From positions 1,306,362 to 1,370,361 of the forward strand of contig OY763089.1 of NCBI GenBank assembly GCA_963667105.2: DNA of 64,000 bases, in the 5' to 3' direction. Source of the DNA: Dehalococcoidia bacterium. Lineage in GTDB: Bacteria; Chloroflexota; Dehalococcoidia; Lucifugimonadales; VXLM01. Numbering within the stretch: position 1 is the stretch's first letter; each line of letters opens with the position of its first letter. Of the stretch, positions 18,084 to 28,878 are shown in pieces. Below the pieces are notes generated by a model. It saw only the letters and a list, made by a program, of their open reading frames with translations, searched no databases and was not told where the DNA came from. Position numbers and translations under genes: made by a program.

Positions 18084-19242
18084 TCAGTCCTTCTTCTGCT
18101 CTGCCAGCTGGGCCATGTAGGCCTCGTCGCCCATGATGGTCTTCTTGTAGAACCAGCGCGTCTTCTGGGGGAGCATCGAGATGCTGCGGTCTTCTACGGG
18201 GAACCGCGTGGGCGCGTGGCCGTTGCGTGCGGACTCTCGGAGGGCAACGGCGATTTCGAGGGCCTGACGCATGTCATCGCCTGTGGTGGCCCCTATGGGA
18301 GCACCCGTCTCCAGGTTTTCCACCATCTCATCGACAATGCCGAGCATCACATTGCCGGGGTATCGCCAGCCATCCTCGTCGTAATCACGTTCGCGTATGG
18401 AATCGCGCGGGAGAAAGAGCCCCTGTACGTCGGTGAACTCCTCCCAAACGGGGGGCGCTCTGACGACTCCGCCCTCACGAGGTGAAGGCCCGGCCCGGTG
18501 TTATTCCAGTTGAAGATGGCACCGTGAGTACCCATGATTTCAATCCCACGCCAGTGGTGGTTGGGAAGGCGGTAGTTGCTGAATACCTCGACCTCGTTGT
18601 CGAATCGAAAGTATCCCCCCAGGGCGCCGTAGCCCGGAGTGCCGTCTTCATGCTCGTCCTCCGCCTCTGCCAAGGGGTCTCCTGAGACCCATCCGATGGC
18701 GAGGCCGCCGTTCGGCCTTCCGGCAAAGCGCCGGGCAAGGTTGAGGCCATGTGTCCCCACCTGGTTGTTGTTCTCATACAGGTTGATACGCACTATTTCG
18801 CCGATCTCCCGTCGGCCACGAGTTGGTACGCCTTCTGGTAGTCGGGTGTGCTGGACACGACAACGCCGCATACGAGGGGTATCCCCCGCGACGACGTTTC
18901 CTCGACCATCCGGTCGGCGTCTGTCAGGCTCCCGGTGAGCGGCTTCTCGCAGAAGATGGTCTTGACTCCCGCCTGCGCCAGGGCCACGACGGCGTCGGCG
19001 TTCGGTCGCACGGGGAGCACGGCCATGCCGATGTCGAGCTCGTGGTGCTCCAGCATCTCGTCCCACGTATCGTATCCGGGCACGCCGAAGCGTCCCGCGG
19101 CGAGTTCGAGGTTCGCGCGGTCGGTGTCGGCGATGGCGACGACCTCGCACAGCGGGTGCATGTCGAAGGCACGCGCGCGGGGCACCCCTGCGCGTCCCGC
19201 TCCGATCAGTCCGACCTTGTATTTTTTTGCCTCTTCACTCAT
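18084..19242 (-). pseudogene. Gfo/Idh/MocA-family oxidoreductase (paralog 1) with two frame disruptions
   Basis: The N-terminal Rossmann part (KVGLIGAGRAG...FCEKPL) is in frame 18793..19242, the middle in frame 18347..19150, and the C-terminus (DEDGWRYPGN...LEIAVALRESARNGH) in frame 18084..18350, extended upstream. Junction 1 is at the CCC run 18808..18810 (one base missing). Junction 2 lies somewhere in 18440..18480. The intact paralog at 61530..62669 is colinear. Confidence 0.8.
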
Positions 19243-19255
19243 GGTCGCGCCTCCT

Positions 19256-20351
19256 CTATTCGGGCTTCTGGGACATCAGCGCCGGCCAGTACCAGTCATC
19301 GGTCCTTCCCTCGACGCTCCTCTGGCCGAAAGCCCTCGCGGGCGTCGGGAGGACTCCGAGGCTGCGGTCCTCTATGGGGAACCCGACCCTGGCATAGCCG
19401 TTGCGGTGGGACTCGCGCATGGCGACGATGATCTCCAGCACCTTGCGCATATTCGCGCCGCTGCATCGCGGCTCGACGCCCGCCTCCATCGTGTCGAGGA
19501 ACGAGCGCGTGCTGTTGTCCTGGCGGGTGGCCATGCTTATCCAACCATCCTCGTCGAGGTCGGGACCGAAGTGCTTGCTTGCCGGATAGGCGATGAGTTC
19601 TTCGTCGCCTGAGGCTCCCATACCTGAAGATGCGGGCCTGTTTCCAGTCGTAATATAGATAGCCGTCCTCGCACAGGACTTCCATTCCCCTCGCGTCTCC
19701 CGGCCGCATGTAGATGTAGGCGTTGATGCCGTTCTCGAAGTGGATGCTGCCCGCCATGCCCTGGTCGTTGTCGCGCCACGGGTCGATCTCGACCCAGCCG
19801 GTGAGCCAGTCCACCTCGGAGTCCCAAGCGAACATCCGCATCACGCTGAGGAACTGGCATCCGCCTCCCCATACTTCTCCCAGACCGCCGTACGTCCTGA
19901 ACTGCTGGACTGCGCCAATCTCCCCCGACTCAATTACGGACCGCGCGTCCCACAGGGCGTCGTAGTTGCGCTCCGCGTCGCCGGACGCGAAGTGGACGCC
20001 GTTCGATTCGCAGGCTTCGACCATGCGGTCTGCCTCTTCCAGCGTGACGCACATGGGCTTTTCGCAGAAGACGCCCTTGACGCCGGCCTCGACGGACGCC
20101 ATGACGACCTCGGGAATGACGGTGGACGGCAGGATCGGCGCGGCTATGTCGATGCACTCGTTGGCGAGCATCTCACGGTAGTCGGTGTACCCGCGTTCGA
20201 GGCCGAACCTTCGCCGGAACAATTCGAGTACCTCGGGGTCCTTCTCGGCGACCGCGACGACCTCTGTGCGCGGGTCGAGCTGGTATGCGCGGGCGTGCTG
20301 CGTGCCCTTCAGCCCCGCTCCGATGACTCCTACGCGATATGGCGGTGTCAT
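19256..20351 (-). CDS. Gfo/Idh/MocA-family oxidoreductase (paralog 2); one frame disruption
   Basis: ATG 20351 (MTPPYRVGVIGAGLKG) is preceded by GAGGAG. The frame switches at the CCC run 19617..19619 (one extra base) to ORF 19256..19621 (GASGDEELIAYP...VLEIIVAMRESHRNGY). Confidence 0.8.
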
Positions 20352-20370
20352 TGCGGTCTCCTCATGCAAC

Positions 20371-22963
20371 TTATGGTTCACCGTCGTTAGGTGGATCTTC
20401 GTAGGTCTGCGATTCACGATTCCAAAAAGCATATTCCCAAGCGTCCGCATCACCAGACGGCTCAACGGCCGTTGCTCGAATCCAAAGAGTTATGGGCGAT
20501 TCCCCAGGTCTCGGCGGAGGTGCTTTCACCTGATACATGAGCTCCTCATTGATTATGCCCGCTTGGATGATCTCTACATCAGTGCCTATGGAACCTTGTG
20601 ATCGATAGCAGACCCGAGACCCTTTTGCGAAGACCTGATCATAACCTCTAGGATGTTGGATGCCTGTCTCTACCATGTAGGGATTTTTGGGGGAAAAGTT
20701 TAACACTGCATCCTTAACGTGTTCGAACTCGTCCACACCGCCGTCCGCTTTTGCAGCAACTAATAGGCGCTCCAGAATATGATTGAACTCAAGATACAGC
20801 TTTTCGGTGAGACGCAAACTACCATAGGTCTCGTCGAAAACTGCGATACACCCACCTCGCCATACTTTGCCATCACCATCTCGGATCACAATATTGGTTG
20901 CAGCGGAACCCACGTCCTGTGGCAACACACTGTATTCGTGTGTAAATACCTCACGCAATCTGTCGGAAACTTGGCTTTTCACGCTTCCTTTTTTGAACCA
21001 GTCTTCTTCTATACAGAGTACAACTCCGCTAGTTCTGAAGTTCCGCAAACGAGCCTTCATATTGGGATTACGTTGCTGGAGTTCTTGATATGAATGGAAT
21101 TCCCCGGTTCTTCCGTCAAAGTATCCACCCACCCGCTCAGTGATGAGCATATGACATTCAGCAAGAAAACCATTGTCGCCTCTCTCCAAATGATTTTCAA
21201 TGAGTTCCGTTGCTGTAATGCCAGTGTTGATCCATGTTGTTATCTGAGGACGCGTTGAACGTCCTGGCTTGCTGGGTCTTACCTGAATGAAGGGACTGAA
21301 AGTGGATGCACGCCAAGCTGCAACCTCATACGTCTTCATCATATGGAAGTAGGCAGCCCCCGGATAACACTCTCGTAGTGCTTGGCATTGAGTTGCGTCA
21401 CCTAGTTTGTCCGCATTCTCATTGAGCTTGATCTCCCAGTTAACCTCCCCCACGTTACGAAGCGGATAGTTCCGTTGGGGTGTATCGCCTCCAAGCTCTG
21501 CAATGGGATCAAACTCAGGGGATCGATTTCCTCCGGGTCGGGCCGCGGCGTAGGTATCAGCGAAACCGCTTGGCCAGCGTACGTGTGTTGGGAGGCTTAG
21601 TGAGGCCGCAAGCGCGTCGCGTTCATCCGCTAGGCATCTGCCATGGGCAAACTGCATAAACCGATTGTTAAGGTAAAGGTATGAAGGCTCGACGGACATA
21701 TCATGGTATTCCCGAAAAGATATGCCATACCTTTGAAATAAGTTTGGGGGGCCAATAACTACAAAAGCCCCCAGGTCCATTGCGTCCAACCCGCCCCAGA
21801 CGCTGTCGGTATGCCTTGCGTGTTGGTGGCAAACCCACACTGAATCCGACGCGTAAATTAGGGAAGTCGATTCCCAGTTCTAGCGCGGACGTTGATACTA
21901 TACCCCGGCGGGTTCCAGTCCGAAGTTGCTCCTCTATAAGTCGTCGAGACCGAGGAGTGAATCCTCCGCGATATGAAGCTATTGCTGGGTTGTCAAGAAG
22001 CTCGTCCAGATCCTGCTGAGTGGCCATGGCCAGAGTCTCAACGCCTTTCCGTGAATCCAAGAACGTTATGAATGCACCATCACGCCCTTCTGTGATCACG
22101 CGATGGTGCAAATCTTTAGCAATCTTGAGTTCCTCTCCCTCCAGACACGCCACATGCGCCACGACTCGATTATAACGTGGCGCGCCATCACCTTCGTCGT
22201 CAATGACCGTGAATTTCGCACCTGTGAGTTGCGCAATGTGCTCTCCGGGATTTGAAATCGTAGCAGTAGCGGCAATAAGTTGTAGCGATACGGCATCGTC
22301 TCCCAGAAGATGATTGCGTGCAACAATTAGTCGCCGAATCAAGAAAGCAAAGTTACTCCCGAAAACCCCCTCTAGTGTATGTGCCTCGTCCATCACCAGC
22401 GTTGAAAGTGAGCCAACAAAATCTCTGACTACTGGCATGGCCAACCGTGACATAAGCCAAGCCTGACACACGTCAGGTGTCATAACGACGATACGTGCTT
22501 GTTGCAGTACATCGTCCCGTTCATTTAACGGCACTGAACCGTCTATCTGTCCGACAATGCTTTCGTCGAGGCCGAGTCCACGAGCCATTTCTCGCCAGCC
22601 CCGAAGTTGGTCAGCCACAAGTGCTCTAAGTGGATAGAACACAATCACTCTGCTGGAAGGATTAAGCAATACCTTGTGTAGAGCGAGCGCACGGAATACA
22701 AGACTCTTCCCGGACGCTGTTCCGGTAGACACTACAACATTGTCACCGCTTCCAAGTGCTTCAAGTGCTTCTGATTGGTGAGACCATAGACTAGGTTGCC
22801 CGGAGCCGATTCCACGAGACCACCGATTGAGGTAGTCCCCAACCTTGGAGTCGAATAGGAAAGGGGGTATATCTTTATACCGGGCAGGCCGCCCTTGGGT
22901 CTCAAACGACTCAACGACCGGGAATTCTGAACCATCAAGAAGGTCGTAGATCGTTTCATACAT
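20371..22963 (-). CDS. DEAH-box superfamily-2 helicase, MrfA/YprA-like with DUF1998-like C-terminal region; one frame disruption
   Basis: Motifs are STGTASGKS (I), VMDEAHTLEG (II), AATAT (III) and YRQRLGRVGR (VI). The frame changes at the C5 run 21768..21772 (one extra base), joining ORFs 21701..23104 and 20371..21840. The C-terminal part is colinear with DUF1998-type helicases (YPGAAYFHMMKTYEV, CIAVFDETYGSLRL). Start at ATG 22963 (MYETIYDLL) after GAGGTG. GC is markedly lower than in flanking genes, by eye. Confidence 0.8.
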
Positions 22964-23167
22964 GCTATTGCACCTCAAGATTGAAGCAGATATTGAGGAT
23001 TCGTCATGGGGAAGATGTAGTCTATGGGCGCGAATCTGACCACAGCGTACGGACAGTCTATCAGAATACACACCTGCTTTCGCGGGAGTGATAACAAAGT
23101 ACAACGCCGTGCTCTTTAGCCACCTACCTACTCGCCTGAGTTGGTCAGGGATCCCGGACGAAACCGA

Positions 23168-24293
23168 CTATTCAACCCGCAGGCGGGCGAAGCGGGAGTG
23201 GGTCACGGAGGCCTGGGTACACCACCAGCTTGCGATGAGGGTACCGTCGTCTAGGCGGGCGAGGTTGGGTTTGCCGAACGCGATGTTGTCGTGGCTCTTG
23301 GGGTATTCGGGGACGCGGTCGACTCCGAGGTACTCCTGGCCGACGGCGTCCCAGACCTGCACTTGGTTGTCGACGTCCCACGTCCTGCCCTCGTCGTCTG
23401 AGAGGACGACGTTGATGCCGGGGTTCATGCCCTCGCGGTCGGTGTAGGCGGCCGCCATGAGTCCGTCGCCGAGGTCGGCGATCCAGCACGTTTGGGCCAT
23501 GAGGTTGGTCGGCGCGGGGTAGCTCCATGCGCTGGCGTCCGCGTTGGAGATGGTGAAGTGGGCGGGGAAGTCCTCCGCCGTGCCGGGCTTCTGGGTCCAT
23601 TGCAGCGCCGCGATGCGGCCGTCCAGCATCTTCACGTAGCGGCTGTGCGAGAACATCTTGCCGGGGTCGGACGCGCTCTCCATGGGTATGGCGTCCAGAC
23701 CACGTCTCGCCCCGGTCGTCGGAGAAGGTCGAGTAGCCCTTGATGTGGAGAGGGCCGGCGTCGTCCCACGTCTTCCACTGTTCGAGGCCGAGCCACCACC
23801 GGCCGTCGTTCAGTTCGATGATGGATGAAGGCGTGTCGGGCTCGCCGTCGAGCGGCAGGTCCATGATCCGGGGAGAAGTCCACGACCGCCCGTCGTCATC
23901 GGAGAACAGGATGATCTTCTCGGACTTGCGGATTCCACCGGTCTTGGGGTTGAACTGGGGTCGAGGGTCGGAGTAGTCGAGGCGAAAGGCGTTGAGCACG
24001 AGCGTGCCGTCACGAAGCCGAAAGGTGTGTGGAGCCGAGTAGCTGTACGGTCGGTCGTCGTTCGCCACGTCCCAGACGCGGCCCTCCTGCGACCACGTCC
24101 TGCCGCCGTCGGTCGATCTCGCGACGTTGAGGGTTCCGTCGGTGGAGTAGAAGGCCTGCCCGATGCGGTAGACGCAGACGACCTCGTCGCCGTCGAGGGG
24201 CGTCACGTTGGGGAGGAAGGCGCACTCGGCCTTGAATCCTGGGTCGGGGTTGCGGTAGATGACGCCGTCGTCGAGGAGGTGGAGTTGTTTCAT
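23168..24293 (-). CDS. BNR/Asp-box repeat glycoside hydrolase (sialidase-like beta-propeller); one frame disruption
   Basis: Asp-boxes are STDGGRTWS, SDDDGRSWT, SDDRGETWS and SDDEGRTWD. The frame switches at about 23695..23696, joining ORFs 23172..24362 and 23168..23683. Start at ATG 24293 (MKQLHLLDDG). Confidence 0.75.
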
Positions 24294-24362
24294 GGTGGTT
24301 GCCTGCGGGACTCTATTTGGTTGAGCGCCGAGGGTTATACCCGTAACGCCGTCGTCAACCAC

Positions 24363-24883
24363 TCACTTCACCGGCGTCGAGACGGTGGCGGTGTCGTTGG
24401 AGGCGTCGCTGTCGGGGAGGCTGGTTTGGACGACGGCGGTTGTGACGAGGGTCTGGGGGGCGGATTCCTCGACTTTCACCGAGATGATCGCCTTGACGCT
24501 CTCGGTGGTGTCGATCGCTCCAAGCCGGCAGTTCACCACGCCATCCGACTCGAAACATGCGGGGTCCGGTGGCTGGGCGGAGGTGAACGTAACGCCGTTG
24601 GGCAGGGTGGTGTCGACGACGATTCTTCTTGGCCTACGCCCGGTCCTTCGTTGGTGACCACGACCGTGTAGATCAGGGAGCCGTTTCGCTCCGCCGTTTG
24701 CGGTGATGCCGTGATGGAGAGCGAGAGATCGGGCTTGGCCTTCAGGAAGGAGAAGCTGATGTTGTCCTGGCTCTCGCCTATGAACGCGAGCATACCGATG
24801 AGGGTGGCTATCGTTAGCGCGACGAGGAATACCGAGAACCAGAATACGAATCCTCGCTGCCTAAACCAAATCAGAACCGGCAT
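24363..24883 (-). CDS. Membrane-anchored DUF11 (conserved repeat domain) protein; one frame disruption
   Basis: An N-terminal TM anchor is followed by LSITASPQTAERNGSLIYTVVVTNEGPG. After a -1 shift at about 24615..24645 the frame continues VVDTTLPNGVTFTSAQ...SNDTATVSTPVK, with TGA at 24365..24363. The second frame has no start codon, so it is not in the ORF track. Confidence 0.6.
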
Positions 24884-24950
24884 TTCTCAGGTATCCTCCA
24901 CACGGTCTAGTCCACCGTTCTCGTCAATTGGGTGTGCTAGGGCTATTTTC

Positions 24951-24978
24951 TGGATTCCTGCCTACGCAGGAATGACGG
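24951..24978. repeat. REP-like hairpin, family B, inverted copy
   Basis: The reverse complement ccgtcATTCCTGC-gtag-GCAGGAATcca matches 3947..3974 at 25 of 28 positions. Two of the differences are a compensatory C-G to T-A stem pair. Confidence 0.7.
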
Positions 24979-25171
24979 ATTGGCGCCATTGTATGTGATC
25001 TGCTTTGGCCTCTTCCTCTCGCCGTTTCCTTTTTGTGCCGTCATCGAAGCAAATTGACATTGCTTATACCCTACGGACATGCAGAGGGACAGGTGAGGCT
25101 TGGAGCCTCTGTCCTGTCCCTCATTCTACTCTCCTATGGGAACAAAGGGGTACGCCCCGTTCCCTGTTAGG

Positions 25172-27583
25172 TTAGCACTTGTCCGAGGCGATGTGCGGGC
25201 ACTGTAGGAAGTGTGTGCTCGCGTAGCGCGTCGACCGGTTGCCGGGGTGGTTCACGTTGTCGATGCCGTCCTCGAAGTACGTGAGCATGTTGCCGTAGCC
25301 GCCGGCCTCTTCGCGCATGTGGCGGTTCGGGACGTTCCGGACGTTGTTGCGCTTGAAGACGATGCCGTGGCTGCTTCCCGAGAACCCGATGCTGCCGAAG
25401 TGGTAGTCGTTTTCGAGGTTCAACTCGTACAGCCTCTGACCGATCTCGATGCGCCGCGGGTCAAGCATCCTGTAGGACCTGCCCTCGCCGTAAATGCTCT
25501 GCATCTCCATGAGGAACCCTGTCGGATCGGCAGGGTAGTTGCCGGCGGGAGCGAGCGGCAGGTACTCGTTCTCAGAGCAGCCCGGGCAGTCAACCTGAGC
25601 CGCTCCTACCGGGGCCATTCCCTCGGTACCGCCTGTCTCAAAGTACCGGCCCATCTCCCGTCCGGGATGACTGGCGCGGTAGGGCAGCATCTGCGTCCAG
25701 ACCCACATGTTGGTCATCTGCGGCATGGCGCGCATCCGGATCGGTGCGTCCCCCGTCCCATACGCCCTGTTGCGGCCCTCCTTGAAGTCGAGGTGTACGC
25801 CGATCTCGGCCCACTGGCTCTGGAAGAGTTCGGCGACCTTGATGAATTCCTCTCGGAACTCGGAGAATATCTCGATGTTCTGCCCGTTGTCCGAGCGGTT
25901 CCTGATTCCGTCACCATCGGTGTCGACGAGACCGATCGAGTCGAGGAGCTGGTTGGCCTTCTCAACGTCGCGTATGGCGTTGTACTGCTGCCACTCGTCG
26001 CCGGGGTAGAAGATCGTGCTCGGATGGGGGACCCATGCTTGCGGTGTGCCCAAACCAAGGAAGACGACCTCGTTGATCTCACTGCGGTCCATGCCGAGGT
26101 TCAGGGCCTGACGGAACTCGTGAGTGCGGAAGAGCCTGCCCAGCTCGGGGTCTACGTTGTACTCGGTGTTGACCTGCGTTCCGGCGTCGTTGCCGCTCGT
26201 CTCAGGCCAGTGGCCGATGCTGTAGTCGCCCGATTCCATGTTGGCGATGTAGAGCGGCATCTCGTACAGGACGTAGTTGGCGTTGTACGGCCCGTCCGTC
26301 TCTCCGTTCATCGACCGGAATATGGAGGTGTCCCGGCTCTCGGTGAGGTACCACGTGTACGAGTCGATGTAGGGAAGCTGGTTCCCGTCGGGGTCGACGC
26401 CGTGATAGTACGGATTGGCGCACTGGGTCTGGGAATCGTCGTTTCCACCCTCGCAGTTGTAGAAGTGGCCGAGGAAGGGGACGTCTGCGTCGTAGCGAAC
26501 GTGGTACTTGCCGACCCAGACCTGGGTCCAGTCGGTGTACCCCTTCTCGTCCATGATCTTCTTGAACTCCGTGGGATCGGCGTACTTGGGATGGAATCGC
26601 TGTGAGTAATGGAAGGGCTCGTACATGCATGCGTGGGTACGGGTGCAATGCTGTCCCTGCCGGAACCGCCCGCCCTCCATGAACGTGAAGTACGGCGAGT
26701 CGAAGCTCAAGGTGAAGTTCAGGTCGTCGACCTTGTTGAACGCCACCACGTTGCCCGTAACCGGGTCCTTGACCGTTCCGGAGTAGGCCTTGTTGAGCTC
26801 GGGGTTGAACTGCACGTCTTCGTTCCAGACCCACTCGACGTCCGCCATCGTCATGGGCATTCCGTCCGACCACTTGAGGCCGTTTCGGAGCGTGACGGTG
26901 TAGGTGCGGCCGTCCTCGCTGAGGTTGACGGACTTGCAGGCCAGCGGGTAGAAGTTGACTCCGTTGGCATCGTACTGCATGCAGGTGCCGTTGCCGCCGA
27001 ACGCCTCGAACTTCAGGTACCGGCTGGTCTTCCCGCCGGTGATGAGCCGACCCTCACCTCCATATACGCCGATCTCATCGGGCGGGGCGAAGACGTAGAC
27101 GTCCTCCGACACGGGGAGTCGCTGCTCAAGCGGAGGCAGGCTACCCTCCCGCACCATCTGGGCGAATCTGGGGCTCTCTTGGAACGTCGTGGGGCGAGGG
27201 CTGTACTCCTCGATATATGCCCAATACGCGCCGGGGGCCTGGGGCTTGGCCACGTACTCCATGGCGGCCGATTCCACGGAATCGGGGGCGGTTCGCTCAG
27301 GCTGGCTGGGCGCGACTGCTCCGACTCCTGCCGACTCAGGGGCAGCCGGCAGAGCGGCCGGGCGAGCGGGGGCGGCCTGAGCGGGCTGCTGCTGCGCGGC
27401 GACCTCCACCGCCGGCACCTCAGGCGCGGGCGCCGGATCGGCGGCCGGGGCGGCTGCGCGTGCAGGCTGGGCCGGCGCAGGCTGTTCCGGCTCCTCCGTT
27501 GCCGCGCACGACAGCGCCACGCTCAGCGCGAGCACGGCGGCCACGGCGATCAAAATTCGATATGCAATCGGTATGTTCTTCAA
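25172..27583 (-). CDS. ABC-transporter substrate-binding protein, family 5 (peptide/nickel/oligosaccharide type), with Ala/Pro-rich N-terminal linker
   Basis: About 800 aa. A signal-anchor region is followed by a long AP-rich low-complexity tract, then an SBP_bac_5-like body. A TTG start at 27583 is preceded by AAAGGAGGGAG. No permease or ATPase genes are adjacent. Confidence 0.7.
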   Translation of the reverse strand: MKNIPIAYRILIAVAAVLALSVALSCAATEEPEQPAPAQPARAAAPAADPAPAPEVPAVEVAAQQQPAQAAPARPAALPAAPESAGVGAVAPSQPERTAPDSVESAAMEYVAKPQAPGAYWAYIEEYSPRPTTFQESPRFAQMVREGSLPPLEQRLPVSEDVYVFAPPDEIGVYGGEGRLITGGKTSRYLKFEAFGGNGTCMQYDANGVNFYPLACKSVNLSEDGRTYTVTLRNGLKWSDGMPMTMADVEWVWNEDVQFNPELNKAYSGTVKDPVTGNVVAFNKVDDLNFTLSFDSPYFTFMEGGRFRQGQHCTRTHACMYEPFHYSQRFHPKYADPTEFKKIMDEKGYTDWTQVWVGKYHVRYDADVPFLGHFYNCEGGNDDSQTQCANPYYHGVDPDGNQLPYIDSYTWYLTESRDTSIFRSMNGETDGPYNANYVLYEMPLYIANMESGDYSIGHWPETSGNDAGTQVNTEYNVDPELGRLFRTHEFRQALNLGMDRSEINEVVFLGLGTPQAWVPHPSTIFYPGDEWQQYNAIRDVEKANQLLDSIGLVDTDGDGIRNRSDNGQNIEIFSEFREEFIKVAELFQSQWAEIGVHLDFKEGRNRAYGTGDAPIRMRAMPQMTNMWVWTQMLPYRASHPGREMGRYFETGGTEGMAPVGAAQVDCPGCSENEYLPLAPAGNYPADPTGFLMEMQSIYGEGRSYRMLDPRRIEIGQRLYELNLENDYHFGSIGFSGSSHGIVFKRNNVRNVPNRHMREEAGGYGNMLTYFEDGIDNVNHPGNRSTRYASTHFLQCPHIASDKC

Positions 27584-27724
27584 GGTCTCCCTCCTTTTAG
27601 GCAAGACTCTGGTCCAAACTACGGAATCCGTTTTTCGGTCAAGTCAAATCGCTTCAACTCCGATTATGGGCGCAATACAATCAGAGTTACGTGGAAAAAT
27701 CAATAGGTAGCAGTGCAAGGTAGC

Positions 27725-28696
27725 CTACTGCCATGCGAGAACCGACGCTGCTCTGGGTATTATCGCACGGGAATAGGCCAGCCGAAGCCCTCTATGATGC
27801 CCTCGTAGCTCCTGCCTCTCCTCGTCGTTCAGCGGCTTGGATGGCGGGCGGGAGGACCCGACCGGCTCGCCGAGTATCTCCAGGATGCCCTTCATCACCC
27901 TTCCCTGACCGCCGGAACGGTGATTGATCTTCTCGCCGAACTTGCGGAGCGGCCCTTGGACACTGCGGTACAGCGTCTCGGCCTCGTCCCACCGTTTTGC
28001 CTGGATGAGTTCCCAGACCTTGAGGTCGTGCGGCGGGTAAGCCTCGACGCTCGTCTGGACGAAGCCGTGTCCGCCGAGCTTGGCGCATCGCACGGGGTTG
28101 ACGGTGTTGTCGATGATGTTGAAGCGGTCGACGAATTTTGCCATGTCCTCATAGACCTGCCCGTCGTGGGGACTCCACTTGATCGCCACGACGTTCTCGA
28201 AGTCGCTCATCTTGAGGAGGGTGTCGGTGTCGATTCGTCCGCCCCGGAGCCAGTGGGTGTGGTAGACCATGATCCCGATGTCGATGGCGTCGGACAGGTC
28301 GCCATAGTAGTGAAGCAGGTCGTCTTGGCTAGGGTCGTTGAAGATGGGCGGGCAGACCTGCAGGGCGTGCGCGCCCATGTCCTGCGCGACCTTCGCGTCC
28401 CTGATGGTGCGCTTAGTGTCTTTGTAGTGGAGGCCGCACATGACGGTTGCCTTGCCGTCGGATGCCTGCACGGTCGTGCGGAGCAGGGCGGCCCACTCCG
28501 GGTCGTCGAGCATCGGCCCCTCGCCTGCCGCCGCCGCAACCTTGATGATGCCGTTACCCTTTACCAGTCCGCTGGCGACCCACCATTGCGTGAGGTCGTA
28601 CATCTTACCGAGGTCGACCTCGTAGTTTTCGTCGAATGGCGTCGCGACCGCAGCCGCGGCTCCGACGATGAGTTCACGCAGATTCTCTCTTGGCAT
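27725..28696 (-). CDS. DapA/DHDPS-family aldolase (paralog 3); probable frame disruption 12 codons before the true stop
   Basis: ATG 28696 (MPRENLRELIVG). The body matches the family (AAAAGEGPML, ALQVCPPIF). After ..DEERQELRG, the alternative frame gives IIEGFGWPIPVR-stop (TAA 27762..27760) if one base of the CCC run 27800..27802 is removed. The frame as sequenced gives an atypical tail ending at 27725. Confidence 0.75.
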   Translation of the reverse strand: MPRENLRELIVGAAAAVATPFDENYEVDLGKMYDLTQWWVASGLVKGNGIIKVAAAAGEGPMLDDPEWAALLRTTVQASDGKATVMCGLHYKDTKRTIRDAKVAQDMGAHALQVCPPIFNDPSQDDLLHYYGDLSDAIDIGIMVYHTHWLRGGRIDTDTLLKMSDFENVVAIKWSPHDGQVYEDMAKFVDRFNIIDNTVNPVRCAKLGGHGFVQTSVEAYPPHDLKVWELIQAKRWDEAETLYRSVQGPLRKFGEKINHRSGGQGRVMKGILEILGEPVGSSRPPSKPLNDEERQELRGHHRGLRLAYSRAIIPRAASVLAWQ

Positions 28697-28878
28697 GGGG
28701 GATAAGTCCTTTACCGGATGTGCGAGCAATGCTCGGCGAGTGAGTGTACGACCGAGTAGGGGTCGTGTCAACGCGGACGCGAAACTGGAGTATGTGAGGC
28801 TGCACGGACGTCAGCCTCCTCTCGGCAGCCGTTAAGGGCCGTGTGACAGCACGTACCTTGAGTTATCAGGGGTTTTCG

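Noticed and set aside
25040-25171. Two hairpins downstream of the SBP gene (GAGGGACAG...CTGTCCCTC and GGGAAC...GTTCCC), considered as an intrinsic terminator.
   Set aside because: Neither is followed by a U-tract on the minus strand, so I cannot support a terminator call. They may be further REP-like hairpins.
27300-27500. An Ala/Pro-rich repetitive DNA stretch, considered as a possible repeat element.
   Set aside because: It is in frame within the substrate-binding protein and encodes a low-complexity linker after the signal sequence.
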